From a virus (lineage: Duplodnaviria; Caudoviricetes), in IMG/VR virus record IMGVR_UViG_3300028591_000096: DNA of 64,000 nucleotides. One strand, given 5' to 3'. Under the pieces are notes generated by a model. The model was not told where the DNA came from. It made no database searches and worked only from the letters and a program-made list of their open reading frames with translations. Of this stretch, positions 47,292 to 56,273 are shown one piece after another (the first letter of the stretch is position 1; the number at the start of each line of letters is the position of its first letter). A program made the position numbers and the translations under genes.

Positions 47292-47840
47292 ATGGTATTA
47301 AATAATTTACCACAAATGTTTTCGTTCTATTTCCCGTCGAACTTTTGGTACGATGAGGTTGTTGAAACGTGGACACCATTTGTACAAAGAATGAGGCTAC
47401 CATACGAAACTGTATCTGATTTTATGAATGATCAGGTACAAAGTGTTGTGTTTCCTGCAATGAATCTTGATTTATCAACACAACAGAGAGGTCAATATGA
47501 AGTTGCATATTATGGAGGTAAGGAACTTGAACCACTGATAGATAAAAATCTCAAAATAACAATGAAGTTAACTGAAAGTTATATCTCATATTGGATATTT
47601 TGGCATCAAATGGACGTTTTTCTTCATTATGTTGATAATTTTAAAGATAAAAAACCATGTTGGATGGAACCAGTTAAATTAGCATTCCTATCAGATGCTG
47701 GTTTTCAATTACTTGAATTTACATTCTGGGAGATAACACCTACAAGTACAAGCGAACTTAATTTAAGTTATGCTGCTACGGTAGCTTCATATAACACATT
47801 TAATATAAACCTTAGATATAACAAGTTTGACATCAATTAA
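47292..47840 (+). CDS. Tail-tube-fold protein, T4 gp3/gp19-like
   Basis: VQSVVFPAMNL, ITMKLTESYISYW, FTFWEITPTSTSELNLSY, TFNINLRY. Confidence 0.6.
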   Translation: MVLNNLPQMFSFYFPSNFWYDEVVETWTPFVQRMRLPYETVSDFMNDQVQSVVFPAMNLDLSTQQRGQYEVAYYGGKELEPLIDKNLKITMKLTESYISYWIFWHQMDVFLHYVDNFKDKKPCWMEPVKLAFLSDAGFQLLEFTFWEITPTSTSELNLSYAATVASYNTFNINLRYNKFDIN

Positions 47841-47862
47841 AAAAGAAATATAAACAAAAAGA

Positions 47863-49299
47863 ATGGCAACAGATCTTTTTTCTAAATATTATAACAACCC
47901 GACAAAATCATACATTTATACAGATATACTATGTAATGGTGACTCTGCGGATGAAATGTCATTTGATATAAACAGATCGAGTGGTGAAATAACAGATAAT
48001 AACAATGTTCTTTCATCAATAGATTTATCTGATATACACGTTGGACTTTCACAATATATGTCAAATTCAAGAATAATAGGTCCGAATGAATTCTGTTATA
48101 TCAGAGGTTGGTTGTTTGGTGATTCTTATTGCTCTAAAGCATACGGAAGAATCATAGGTCATATCACCGAAGATGATGATTGGATGTATAATGGTATGAT
48201 TTTCTTTGTTATAAAGTATCTTAACTTGAAGACTGGAAATAAAGTAGTTGAAATATTAAAATGCACTGGAAACATTGATGAGGAAATTACTTTCATTGAT
48301 GCTATAAACAATTACTTTAAATTAAAAGAAATTCCAATTGAAGCTAAATTTGAAGACGGATATGTTATATTCACTGCAACTAAGCTTGATTATGAGTTCT
48401 GGATATCACATGTTATGTTCTGGAATTCTGAAGACGGTACTGATATTCTATATTACATAGATCGATGGATGAAAGAAAACGGACATTCATATGATTACGG
48501 ATGGTCTGATGGGTATGTTACTGGGAATAATATAGACAATAACTCACCTGGAGCAATAAACGCTTATACATCTATACTAAAGAAAGGTGATTATACGCGT
48601 CTTTATAATCTTTTGAATTGTTTAGATACAGATTTCAATGATATTCTTGAGGAGAATGACGTTAGAAAGATTTATTTGTTTGAGGACTTCAGAAAATATG
48701 TACCATCAAAGAGATATAGAAATGGCGCAATGTTAGGTATAGTAATGTCAGTTATATATCCACAATATAACACAGAGGATATTGAACCTATACACAAAGC
48801 TGTAAAAGTTGCACATATAGCTGATCGTGTTCAAGAATTCTATGCAATACCAGAATGTCTTTTAGATGGTACATTTGTAGCAGTGAGAAAACTTATTGAT
48901 GTAAATGATCTTTTCCATTGTGAATTTGATATGGATCTTTATAATAAGTGGATGGGGTTCTATAGCCATAATTCTGTTTATGATGATTGGATTGATTCTG
49001 ATGAAATACCACAGGTTATCCCAGAAATGATTAATGACTGGGAAAATTCAAGTATATCTTATACTGAAGCTGGACGTTCAATAGAAAAAAACCTTGAACA
49101 TAGAGATCAAATGGGAGTTGAAGGATATTGTGCTTATCTTTCAAAAACAAACGGATGGATGACAGTAGGACAGTTTTATGCTAGAACAACAATACCAGAT
49201 GATCCAAATTATCCAGAAGTTAAAAATCTTATCCCAAGCGTAATAGTATATAATCCTAATCCATTCCCTGTACAAATTAAATATTTAGCATTTGCATAA
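47863..49299 (+). CDS. Hypothetical structural protein
   Basis: 478-aa ORF in a late unit. Confidence 0.65.
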   Translation: MATDLFSKYYNNPTKSYIYTDILCNGDSADEMSFDINRSSGEITDNNNVLSSIDLSDIHVGLSQYMSNSRIIGPNEFCYIRGWLFGDSYCSKAYGRIIGHITEDDDWMYNGMIFFVIKYLNLKTGNKVVEILKCTGNIDEEITFIDAINNYFKLKEIPIEAKFEDGYVIFTATKLDYEFWISHVMFWNSEDGTDILYYIDRWMKENGHSYDYGWSDGYVTGNNIDNNSPGAINAYTSILKKGDYTRLYNLLNCLDTDFNDILEENDVRKIYLFEDFRKYVPSKRYRNGAMLGIVMSVIYPQYNTEDIEPIHKAVKVAHIADRVQEFYAIPECLLDGTFVAVRKLIDVNDLFHCEFDMDLYNKWMGFYSHNSVYDDWIDSDEIPQVIPEMINDWENSSISYTEAGRSIEKNLEHRDQMGVEGYCAYLSKTNGWMTVGQFYARTTIPDDPNYPEVKNLIPSVIVYNPNPFPVQIKYLAFA

Positions 49300-49301
49300 A
49301 G

Positions 49302-49763
49302 ATGAAAAAAAGAAGAAGTATAAACGAAAGTACTCTGATAAGCGGAGGATACGGATTTGTAGGAGGTGGTGGATATGATAATACACTTTCTCCTGCATCT
49401 TATAATGTTCAGGGTAAACAACCTGGATATGTATATTCTATTTTACCAATGACTGACACTCTTCAGCAGAAACCTAACAAAATAGAACATGAATATTATA
49501 TTCATCCTGGATGTACAGTAAGGGGTGTAGGATATAATAATAAAGACAAACATTATACTGGTATTGTAAACAGAATTGTAAAGAATGAAAATGGTGAGGT
49601 TGTTTGTCTTTATGTTCAATCATTCAAAACAGCAAAACTTGTAGCTGTCAGAGCCGACGAAAACCTTGAACTAATTCTCCCGAAAGGTCTTGATCAATAT
49701 GGAGGACACAGATTGGCCACAAGTGATAACTTAGATATACAAAGAAAAAGCCTGAATGTTTAA
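49302..49763 (+). CDS. Hypothetical protein
   Basis: 153 aa; MKKRRSINES start. Confidence 0.65.
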   Translation: MKKRRSINESTLISGGYGFVGGGGYDNTLSPASYNVQGKQPGYVYSILPMTDTLQQKPNKIEHEYYIHPGCTVRGVGYNNKDKHYTGIVNRIVKNENGEVVCLYVQSFKTAKLVAVRADENLELILPKGLDQYGGHRLATSDNLDIQRKSLNV

Positions 49764-50707
49764 TTCAGGATTTCTTTTTTCAATTCATCGAACATTTGTT
49801 TTGGTTCTTTATTGTCTATCGCAACAAATTTCTTATGATTTTCGTTTGATAAACCATATTCTTTATTAGACGTACCCTCGTTTTCATTTACTTCTGGTTT
49901 GCTATTTTGTTCGATAAATTCATCATTATTTTGAGTTTCCTTATTATTAACCGTAGTTTCTTCAGATTCAATCACATTTTCATTTTCAAAAGGAGTGATT
50001 TCTTCTTTGTTTTCATGTTCTTCTTCAGGTGTGATATCGATATCATCTTTAATTAAATCTTCATCATTTGAATTATTATTTAAAGTTTCATCTTTATCAT
50101 TATCTAAATTTATCTGTTCTTCTTTTTCGTCAGAAACATCTGGAATAATAAATGGAACTTCAGGTGTTTTCTTTTCATCTTCAGTCAATTTATGATTTTC
50201 AATATGCTTAGTTGTTGGTTCAGTTATTATCTCATTTTTATGATCATCTATCATTTGCGTTTCATTGATTCCATTTGAAACCATTTCTGTCATCAGCAAT
50301 GCAACAATAGGAAGAATAGCACCCATAATCCATGATATAATCACCTGAACAGTTTCCTGACTCACTTCCTCTATCATAAACAACATAGGTTTAGCAAGAT
50401 AGTTATAGTAATCATATCCAGATTCGGATATAAACTTAAAAACCGAATATGTATTACCTATTACCTGAACTAAAACCAATATTGTTAGCAATAACCATGC
50501 TATATTGTTTCTCTTGTTTATTCCTATAATAATAGAAGCAAGACATACAGCCAATCCTAATTCAAATGCAAATGCAAGCATTATAGACATCCAGTGAGTG
50601 TTACCTATATCAAAGAATTCTATAGCATGACAAAATGATATAAACGCTACAAGAGCATAAAGAAAAAGAAAAGCATATATAAATATTTTATTTATTAACT
50701 TCTTCAT
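49760..50707 (-). CDS. Four-TM membrane protein with long acidic tail
   Basis: Four hydrophobic helices in residues 1-140, then an E/N/D-rich region. Confidence 0.7.
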   Translation of the reverse strand: MKKLINKIFIYAFLFLYALVAFISFCHAIEFFDIGNTHWMSIMLAFAFELGLAVCLASIIIGINKRNNIAWLLLTILVLVQVIGNTYSVFKFISESGYDYYNYLAKPMLFMIEEVSQETVQVIISWIMGAILPIVALLMTEMVSNGINETQMIDDHKNEIITEPTTKHIENHKLTEDEKKTPEVPFIIPDVSDEKEEQINLDNDKDETLNNNSNDEDLIKDDIDITPEEEHENKEEITPFENENVIESEETTVNNKETQNNDEFIEQNSKPEVNENEGTSNKEYGLSNENHKKFVAIDNKEPKQMFDELKKEILN

Positions 50708-51030
50708 TATTTCTTACCGTTGTTTGTATTGTTTACACGAACAATAACTGGTTTATTTGCAAGCTTATTGTTCTGTTCCTTATATATGGAAATTTCGTTG
50801 TTAAGTGATGCAATTTCCTTATTTAGAATCTTCATTTCATTATTCAGACTATCTATATGATTAGATGCATTACTGAATACATTTGTAAGCGAATCCTTTA
50901 CATACTCTGTCTGTTGGACTTGCTTTTCGTATTTTCTTTTATAATTTCCTTTACTTGTACAATTTGAAACAAAAAGTATCGCAAGTAAAACTATAAGTAT
51001 CTCTTTCCAATATTTTTTAATCTTGTCCAT
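50707..51030 (-). CDS. Membrane-anchored coiled-coil protein (spanin-like)
   Basis: MDKIKKYWKEILIVLLAILFVSNC then heptads; late motif at 51054-51062 supports the 51030 start. Confidence 0.55.
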   Translation of the reverse strand: MDKIKKYWKEILIVLLAILFVSNCTSKGNYKRKYEKQVQQTEYVKDSLTNVFSNASNHIDSLNNEMKILNKEIASLNNEISIYKEQNNKLANKPVIVRVNNTNNGKK

Positions 51031-51064
51031 AACATGAAAATATTTGTTCCTTCTATTTATTAAC

Positions 51065-51101
51065 AAAAGGATCGATCCTGTTTTATAAGATCGATCCTTT
51101 T
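51065..51101 (-). terminator. Intrinsic terminator
   Basis: AAAAGGATCGATC...GATCGATCCTTTT. Confidence 0.8.
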
Positions 51102-51102
51102 A

Positions 51103-51357
51103 TCATTTTGGAAAATTAAATCCGCTTGTTATAGAACTTGGTGTTAAAGAACCCATCTTTGTTGTAACCTGTGAAATCTGGCTTTGTATGTTTGAATATT
51201 GATCCTGCGGATTTCCATATTGTTCATCGTATTCGGCTTGTTGTTTTTCTTGTGCTTCCCTTTCGTCCTTTACAAATGCTTCATATCTGTTATAAAGCAT
51301 CATTATATCGTAAAAATACATCTTGCCCATTTCCATAGGGTTGATGTGAAGCTTCAT
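51103..51357 (-). CDS. Baseplate hub assembly protein, T4 gp51-like (frame open to 51438; probably made as a frameshift fusion)
   Basis: LHINPMEMGKMYFYDIMML..FVKDEREAQ pattern; directly follows the gp26-like gene. Confidence 0.65.
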   Translation of the reverse strand: MKLHINPMEMGKMYFYDIMMLYNRYEAFVKDEREAQEKQQAEYDEQYGNPQDQYSNIQSQISQVTTKMGSLTPSSITSGFNFPK

Positions 51358-51376
51358 TGCGAATACTAGTTCCAGT

Positions 51377-52405
51377 TCAACATATTGAGAGTAACGGATT
51401 TGAAAGCACGAAAAGAGAGCGGATACCTCCTCGAAAGGTTAAGGGGATTTCCACTTCCCCACCATCCTCGTTGATATATTTTATTTTTGGTTCGGTTGCG
51501 CCACTAAGTTTTTCTGTAACATATGCGAGTACAGACCATTCTTTAACGTTCCATAGACGTGAAGCTCCTACCATTTCCTCGTATGCTCTCTGACTTAACC
51601 CTCGATAATCCTTGATTAACATAGGGGCATATGTGATGAAATCTTCATCGTAACCCTCCTTTGCATTTATCTTCTGTGCTACATATTTCTTCAACCAATC
51701 GTTTACACCAAGCGAAGGAACATGAATTTTCATAGTATTTCCAGCAACATTGAAAATGAAACATTTATCATCTGGATTATAGAACTTCATGATTTCATCA
51801 GGAATCTTAATGAAATCAATCATTTCCTTAACAACAGGAATCTGCTTATCTTCTGAAATTGGAACCATAAGCTCATTCTCACCATCAATAAATGTAAATT
51901 CCTTGATTGCAAGAAGAATGTAGAATCTGTCGACATTCTTAAGATCCTTCCAACAGTTTCCTGGATAATTAGGATTCTTTACGTTACAACATTTCTCAAT
52001 CATATAGTTAAGAATATCATCAACTCTTGAAAGTTGGTTAATATCCTGATCATTCATTGTTGACCAGTGTTTGATTTCCTCACCTCTTGCAGCACGTATA
52101 CTTATTTCAAATCCATCTGGATAGAATAATCCCTGTGTAGGAAGAGTCTTAACATCAACCTTAAGCCATCCAATGTTATCCTTGTATTTTAATCCAGAAC
52201 CGTTTCCAGTTACAGGAGTACCTTCTCTACCATGTGTTCTGTTTTCTCTTGCTATTTCAGCCATAGATTTATATTCTGGTGCTTGTGGTTCAGCTGGTTG
52301 CTGTATAACCTCTACAGTAGCATCATTAAAAGGACTCTCTGTTATAGGAGTTTCCTCTGATGCAACATATGCACTCATTAAATCCTCTTCAGTTTTCTTC
52401 TTCAT
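51377..52405 (-). CDS. Baseplate hub subunit/chaperone, T4 gp26-like
   Basis: LPTQGLFYP, ISIRAARGEEIK, DRFYILLAIKEFTF, TFRGGIRSLF. Confidence 0.7.
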   Translation of the reverse strand: MKKKTEEDLMSAYVASEETPITESPFNDATVEVIQQPAEPQAPEYKSMAEIARENRTHGREGTPVTGNGSGLKYKDNIGWLKVDVKTLPTQGLFYPDGFEISIRAARGEEIKHWSTMNDQDINQLSRVDDILNYMIEKCCNVKNPNYPGNCWKDLKNVDRFYILLAIKEFTFIDGENELMVPISEDKQIPVVKEMIDFIKIPDEIMKFYNPDDKCFIFNVAGNTMKIHVPSLGVNDWLKKYVAQKINAKEGYDEDFITYAPMLIKDYRGLSQRAYEEMVGASRLWNVKEWSVLAYVTEKLSGATEPKIKYINEDGGEVEIPLTFRGGIRSLFVLSNPLLSIC

Positions 52406-52436
52406 TTGTGTATCAAATATAATTTGTCTTTATAAT

Positions 52437-52465
52437 ATTATACGTTATTTTATCTAAAATGATTA
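52437..52465 (-). promoter_or_regulatory. Bipartite promoter TAATCATT-N13-CGTATAAT upstream of the gp26-like gene
   Basis: Third copy of the motif. Confidence 0.75.
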
Positions 52466-54409
52466 AATAGAATAAATAAAATCAAACATTGAACTTACAG
52501 TTCCATCCTCATTATATGCAACAATAGACATCTTTCTTTCTTCTTCTGATACAGCAAGCATCTTGTTAATCATGGATGCGTTGAAATTGAATTCAAGTTC
52601 ACCAACATACAGATTCATATTTGTAGAGAATGTAGGATCAATAAGATTATTATTACCACCTTCATCCCTGAACAATAGTTTATAATACCCGTTAGACATA
52701 TCCATATACGAATATGTACCGTTGTTACCAAGAGTCTTAAATACAAATTTGTAAGACTTTGGAGCCTGGCTTACATTAAGCGTGTAGTTATATTCACCAT
52801 CCACAACATTACCTTGATCATCAAGTACAACCTCTGTCGAATTATAGAAAACTTTTATGTATTTTGTCTTCTGTACACCGTTCTGATTCTGTATATTCTC
52901 GTGTTTATGTTCAATAATTTTATTGTATATCTTATAAGGGGTAAGATCGGCAATCTTCAAACTTGTCCCCTTTACATAGTATCTTGACATGTTTCCATAC
53001 AATGACAAAGTTGAAATTTTAACAAACTGAATCTTATCATGTGCGTTTACAAGTCTCATCGTATATACAATTTGAACGTTATCTATATACATACCTACAG
53101 ACTCATCGAATATAATAGGTCTATAATAGAACTTATTAGGATCAGTATCATTAACAAATATCTGAGTCATTGAGTAAGTTTCTTCCTTGACAACATGATC
53201 TGCCATACAGAATGAACATTTTATCTCATGTATGACAAGCCATTTCTTCATATCATATTCAGGTTCATAATCATCACCAACCTCTTCATCATAATCATCT
53301 CTGATTAATGATCGATCATAAAGTCTTATACCTTTATTGAACGACCATACTGTATTAGCTGTTAATGGTTTATCTCTCCATGTTGCGTAGAATATAAGAT
53401 ACGGCATATCATTACATTCAGAAATATATGCTCCAAGATTATCAGAATTAAGATCAACTCTAGGAATAATTCCGTTAAGAATAGAAGATCTTGTAAAATC
53501 AAGAACAATATTATCCGTATCTATATCTGGAAACTCAGTCTTATCTGCATTAGTATACTCGTTTCTATCAAGAATCCTAGTAGACATGTCATCTTCTGTG
53601 ATATACGCAAAACTTAACTTTATCTGAGTATCATCATTTATGTTCAGTGCATTGAATAGCTCAGTATCATAATGTTTATGATTATATCTGTTCTGTATAA
53701 GATCCCATACACAAGCAACATTCACCTCAATGTATCTGTCATATATGTTATTACCGAACATCGTTGGATTTATTGAGAATTTACAAAGCTTGTAGAATGT
53801 TGACTTGTTGATGAATATGTCACATAAGTCAATAAGTCTGTCAGTCTCTATGACTTTTCCAGTACTGTCCTTTATATCGTTTCCGCTTACAGATATTCTC
53901 ATATATATGCCATAGATATTACTGAAATCATAACCGTTTACAAAATATAATCTAGCAGAATCCCATCTTACATCAGTGATATTTGAATAATAATGCTCAA
54001 GTGGTGCTGAATTATTGTTGAACGGATTAAGCATGTGCTTTTCATACATCCTTGCTTTGATCTGATTGTAGTATATATCGTTCATTATGCTTTCATCTAT
54101 ATACTTATAATCTGGATCAAGGAAATAGAAAAACATTGAATCTTGAGCATCAGACGGTACCACTGTATGGTTAAGTGTATTTATAGATAAAGGATTCTTC
54201 ATGATCTTATACTTGTCATTACTTTCCTCGTCTATAGTCTTAACACACTCATATGAAATAGGTGAAAACAAAAGCGTGTGATTATCCTTCAGCTTTGTAT
54301 ATATAAAAGACGTTGGGTTTGACTCGTCAGCATTGTTTGGACCTTCATGCATGACATATTCAAACATCATAATATCGCTAATCTGTAAAAATCTACTCTT
54401 CAGTGCCAT
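52463..54409 (-). CDS. Hypothetical structural protein
   Basis: 648-aa beta-rich ORF in the tail/baseplate region. Confidence 0.65.
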   Translation of the reverse strand: MALKSRFLQISDIMMFEYVMHEGPNNADESNPTSFIYTKLKDNHTLLFSPISYECVKTIDEESNDKYKIMKNPLSINTLNHTVVPSDAQDSMFFYFLDPDYKYIDESIMNDIYYNQIKARMYEKHMLNPFNNNSAPLEHYYSNITDVRWDSARLYFVNGYDFSNIYGIYMRISVSGNDIKDSTGKVIETDRLIDLCDIFINKSTFYKLCKFSINPTMFGNNIYDRYIEVNVACVWDLIQNRYNHKHYDTELFNALNINDDTQIKLSFAYITEDDMSTRILDRNEYTNADKTEFPDIDTDNIVLDFTRSSILNGIIPRVDLNSDNLGAYISECNDMPYLIFYATWRDKPLTANTVWSFNKGIRLYDRSLIRDDYDEEVGDDYEPEYDMKKWLVIHEIKCSFCMADHVVKEETYSMTQIFVNDTDPNKFYYRPIIFDESVGMYIDNVQIVYTMRLVNAHDKIQFVKISTLSLYGNMSRYYVKGTSLKIADLTPYKIYNKIIEHKHENIQNQNGVQKTKYIKVFYNSTEVVLDDQGNVVDGEYNYTLNVSQAPKSYKFVFKTLGNNGTYSYMDMSNGYYKLLFRDEGGNNNLIDPTFSTNMNLYVGELEFNFNASMINKMLAVSEEERKMSIVAYNEDGTVSSMFDFIYSI

Positions 54410-55155
54410 TAGAATGAAAATAGTTTACGACCTATCGTCACCTGTAATCCTGGTAATATCACAATCTTGCTGTCATATACAGAGATTGTCGGACCTACTC
54501 CGACAACAACACCCCATTTTTTATCGAATCTCTTTTTTATGACGGAAGATTCCTCTGGTGAGATGATCGATCCGTTTAAACTATTTATCTGACAATATGG
54601 ATTGTCTGACTTTGCAATAAATGATAATTGATTATTCTTCTCTATAAGATCTATCGTTATGGTGTTAGGAAACGAAATTGAATCAAATTTAGTTATACCA
54701 ATCATAGTACTTATATCAAACGTGGATCTTCCAGAAATATTAACCCATTGATCTTTATAGTTCATATTGAAAGTATAGTTACCTGAAGGATCTACAGTAA
54801 CAGTATCTTTAATAACCTTATCTTTAAATTCAGTAACAGTTTTAACTTTCGTCACAACTACAGGATTATCCTTAAGATTCTTCACTTCAGCATACAATTC
54901 AGAATTACTCTTCTTCAGATCCTTGATTTCAGTTATATATGTTTTTTGTTGTGAATATAATTCACCAACTTTATTCTTATATACCGTTAAAGTATCTTGA
55001 GAAGTATTTTGTATATCATTAAAATCATTTTTCAGATTTTTATATTTAAAAAATAAAATTACCAAAGCAATCAATGAAGAAACAATAACAACATGTTTCC
55101 AATCTTTAAATATCCATACAAAAATATTTTTGAGGAATTTAAAAAAAGTATTCAT
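54409..55155 (-). CDS. N-terminally anchored membrane protein with C-terminal amphipathic beta-strands ending in Phe (spanin-like)
   Basis: TM VVIVSSLIALVILFF, coiled coil, then KKWGVVVGVG...GLQVTIGRKLFSF. Confidence 0.6.
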   Translation of the reverse strand: MNTFFKFLKNIFVWIFKDWKHVVIVSSLIALVILFFKYKNLKNDFNDIQNTSQDTLTVYKNKVGELYSQQKTYITEIKDLKKSNSELYAEVKNLKDNPVVVTKVKTVTEFKDKVIKDTVTVDPSGNYTFNMNYKDQWVNISGRSTFDISTMIGITKFDSISFPNTITIDLIEKNNQLSFIAKSDNPYCQINSLNGSIISPEESSVIKKRFDKKWGVVVGVGPTISVYDSKIVILPGLQVTIGRKLFSF

Positions 55156-55330
55156 TTTCTGTTTTAATATATTTTTAAAAAAAGATTTCCTTTCTTACAA
55201 TATTTATAATTTTATAAAATTTCAGAGGAATCTCTAATAAAAGTTTAACTTTTGACGGGTGTTTTGCGTTCTAAGAATATTTATAATATTAATATAAAAT
55301 ATATATAATTTTTCAAATTGTCCTCAATTT

Positions 55331-55359
55331 ATTATACGCAACTTTTTGAAAAACGATTA
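55331..55359 (-). promoter_or_regulatory. Bipartite promoter TAATCGTT-N13-CGTATAAT in the AT-rich gap
   Basis: Fourth copy, 175 nt upstream of the 55155 start. Confidence 0.65.
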
Positions 55360-55402
55360 AACTTTTGAGAACTTTTTTTCAAAATTTTTTTCATTTTTAT
55401 TG

Positions 55403-55504
55403 TAAGTTATTGAAAATCAATAAAATAAAAATTAATTTAGATTAATTCTAAATAACAATTTTATTATTATTAATATAAAAACAAAATAAGTTATTGAAAA
55501 TCAA
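55403..55504. repeat. 18-bp direct repeat TAAGTTATTGAAAATCAA x2 (55403-55420 and 55487-55504)
   Basis: Exact copies 84 bp apart in the longest non-coding stretch. Confidence 0.8.
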
Positions 55505-55512
55505 CAATTTAT

Positions 55513-56268
55513 TTAATTTAACTTAACTGTGTCTGAAAGTATTTCCTTAAAATCTCTCCCAGCTAATGTTGAAACACCAGTAGGATATTTAGTATTAAGC
55601 TCAGTTACTATTTGTTGCAGCACACTTATAAGTTTCTCTCCTTTTACTGCTGTTGCTGCTGCATTTTCTCCTAACATGATGCTGCTTGCATTTACATTTG
55701 CTGTTGGTGCATTGATGTTAACTGTTGCACCAGCTGCTATGTTTATCTCTCCATTAGCATTACTTCCTCCCTCACCAGTAGTTGCTATATTGATATTATA
55801 GTCGTTAACTTCTATTACGTTGCTATTATTTTTATGTTTGAGTTGTATTGATCCGTTAGCATCAATAAGAATCATTGATCCTCCGAGCCACATCTTATAC
55901 CCAGTCATTGGCTGATATATAACTATAAGATCCTTTTCTGAATCATATAGCATCACATGTGTGTTCTGATAATCGTCTTTTATCTCATCTATCAGTGCTG
56001 GATCAATATTTTGTATGTTGCTGTATTCACCAGAATATATATTACCAAATGGGAATCTTACTCTAACTATTGTTCCAACTTTTGGTATTGATATATTGCC
56101 AAAACCGTTTCCGCTACTGAATATTGTAGATGATTGTGGTGTAAACCATGGTATGTTTTCTATTTCAAATGTATCAAATAATCCAAAAACCTGCACTTTA
56201 CATCTTCCAGAGAATGTGGGATCCTCATTGTATACAACTCTACCTAAAAAGTCCTTGCTTAAATCCAT
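55513..56268 (-). CDS. Baseplate central spike, gp5/gpV-like (OB fold plus beta-helix, no lysozyme)
   Basis: FLGRVVYNEDPTFSGRCKVQVFG, IPW, SIPKVGTIVRVRF. Confidence 0.85.
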   Translation of the reverse strand: MDLSKDFLGRVVYNEDPTFSGRCKVQVFGLFDTFEIENIPWFTPQSSTIFSSGNGFGNISIPKVGTIVRVRFPFGNIYSGEYSNIQNIDPALIDEIKDDYQNTHVMLYDSEKDLIVIYQPMTGYKMWLGGSMILIDANGSIQLKHKNNSNVIEVNDYNINIATTGEGGSNANGEINIAAGATVNINAPTANVNASSIMLGENAAATAVKGEKLISVLQQIVTELNTKYPTGVSTLAGRDFKEILSDTVKLN

Positions 56269-56273
56269 TATAT

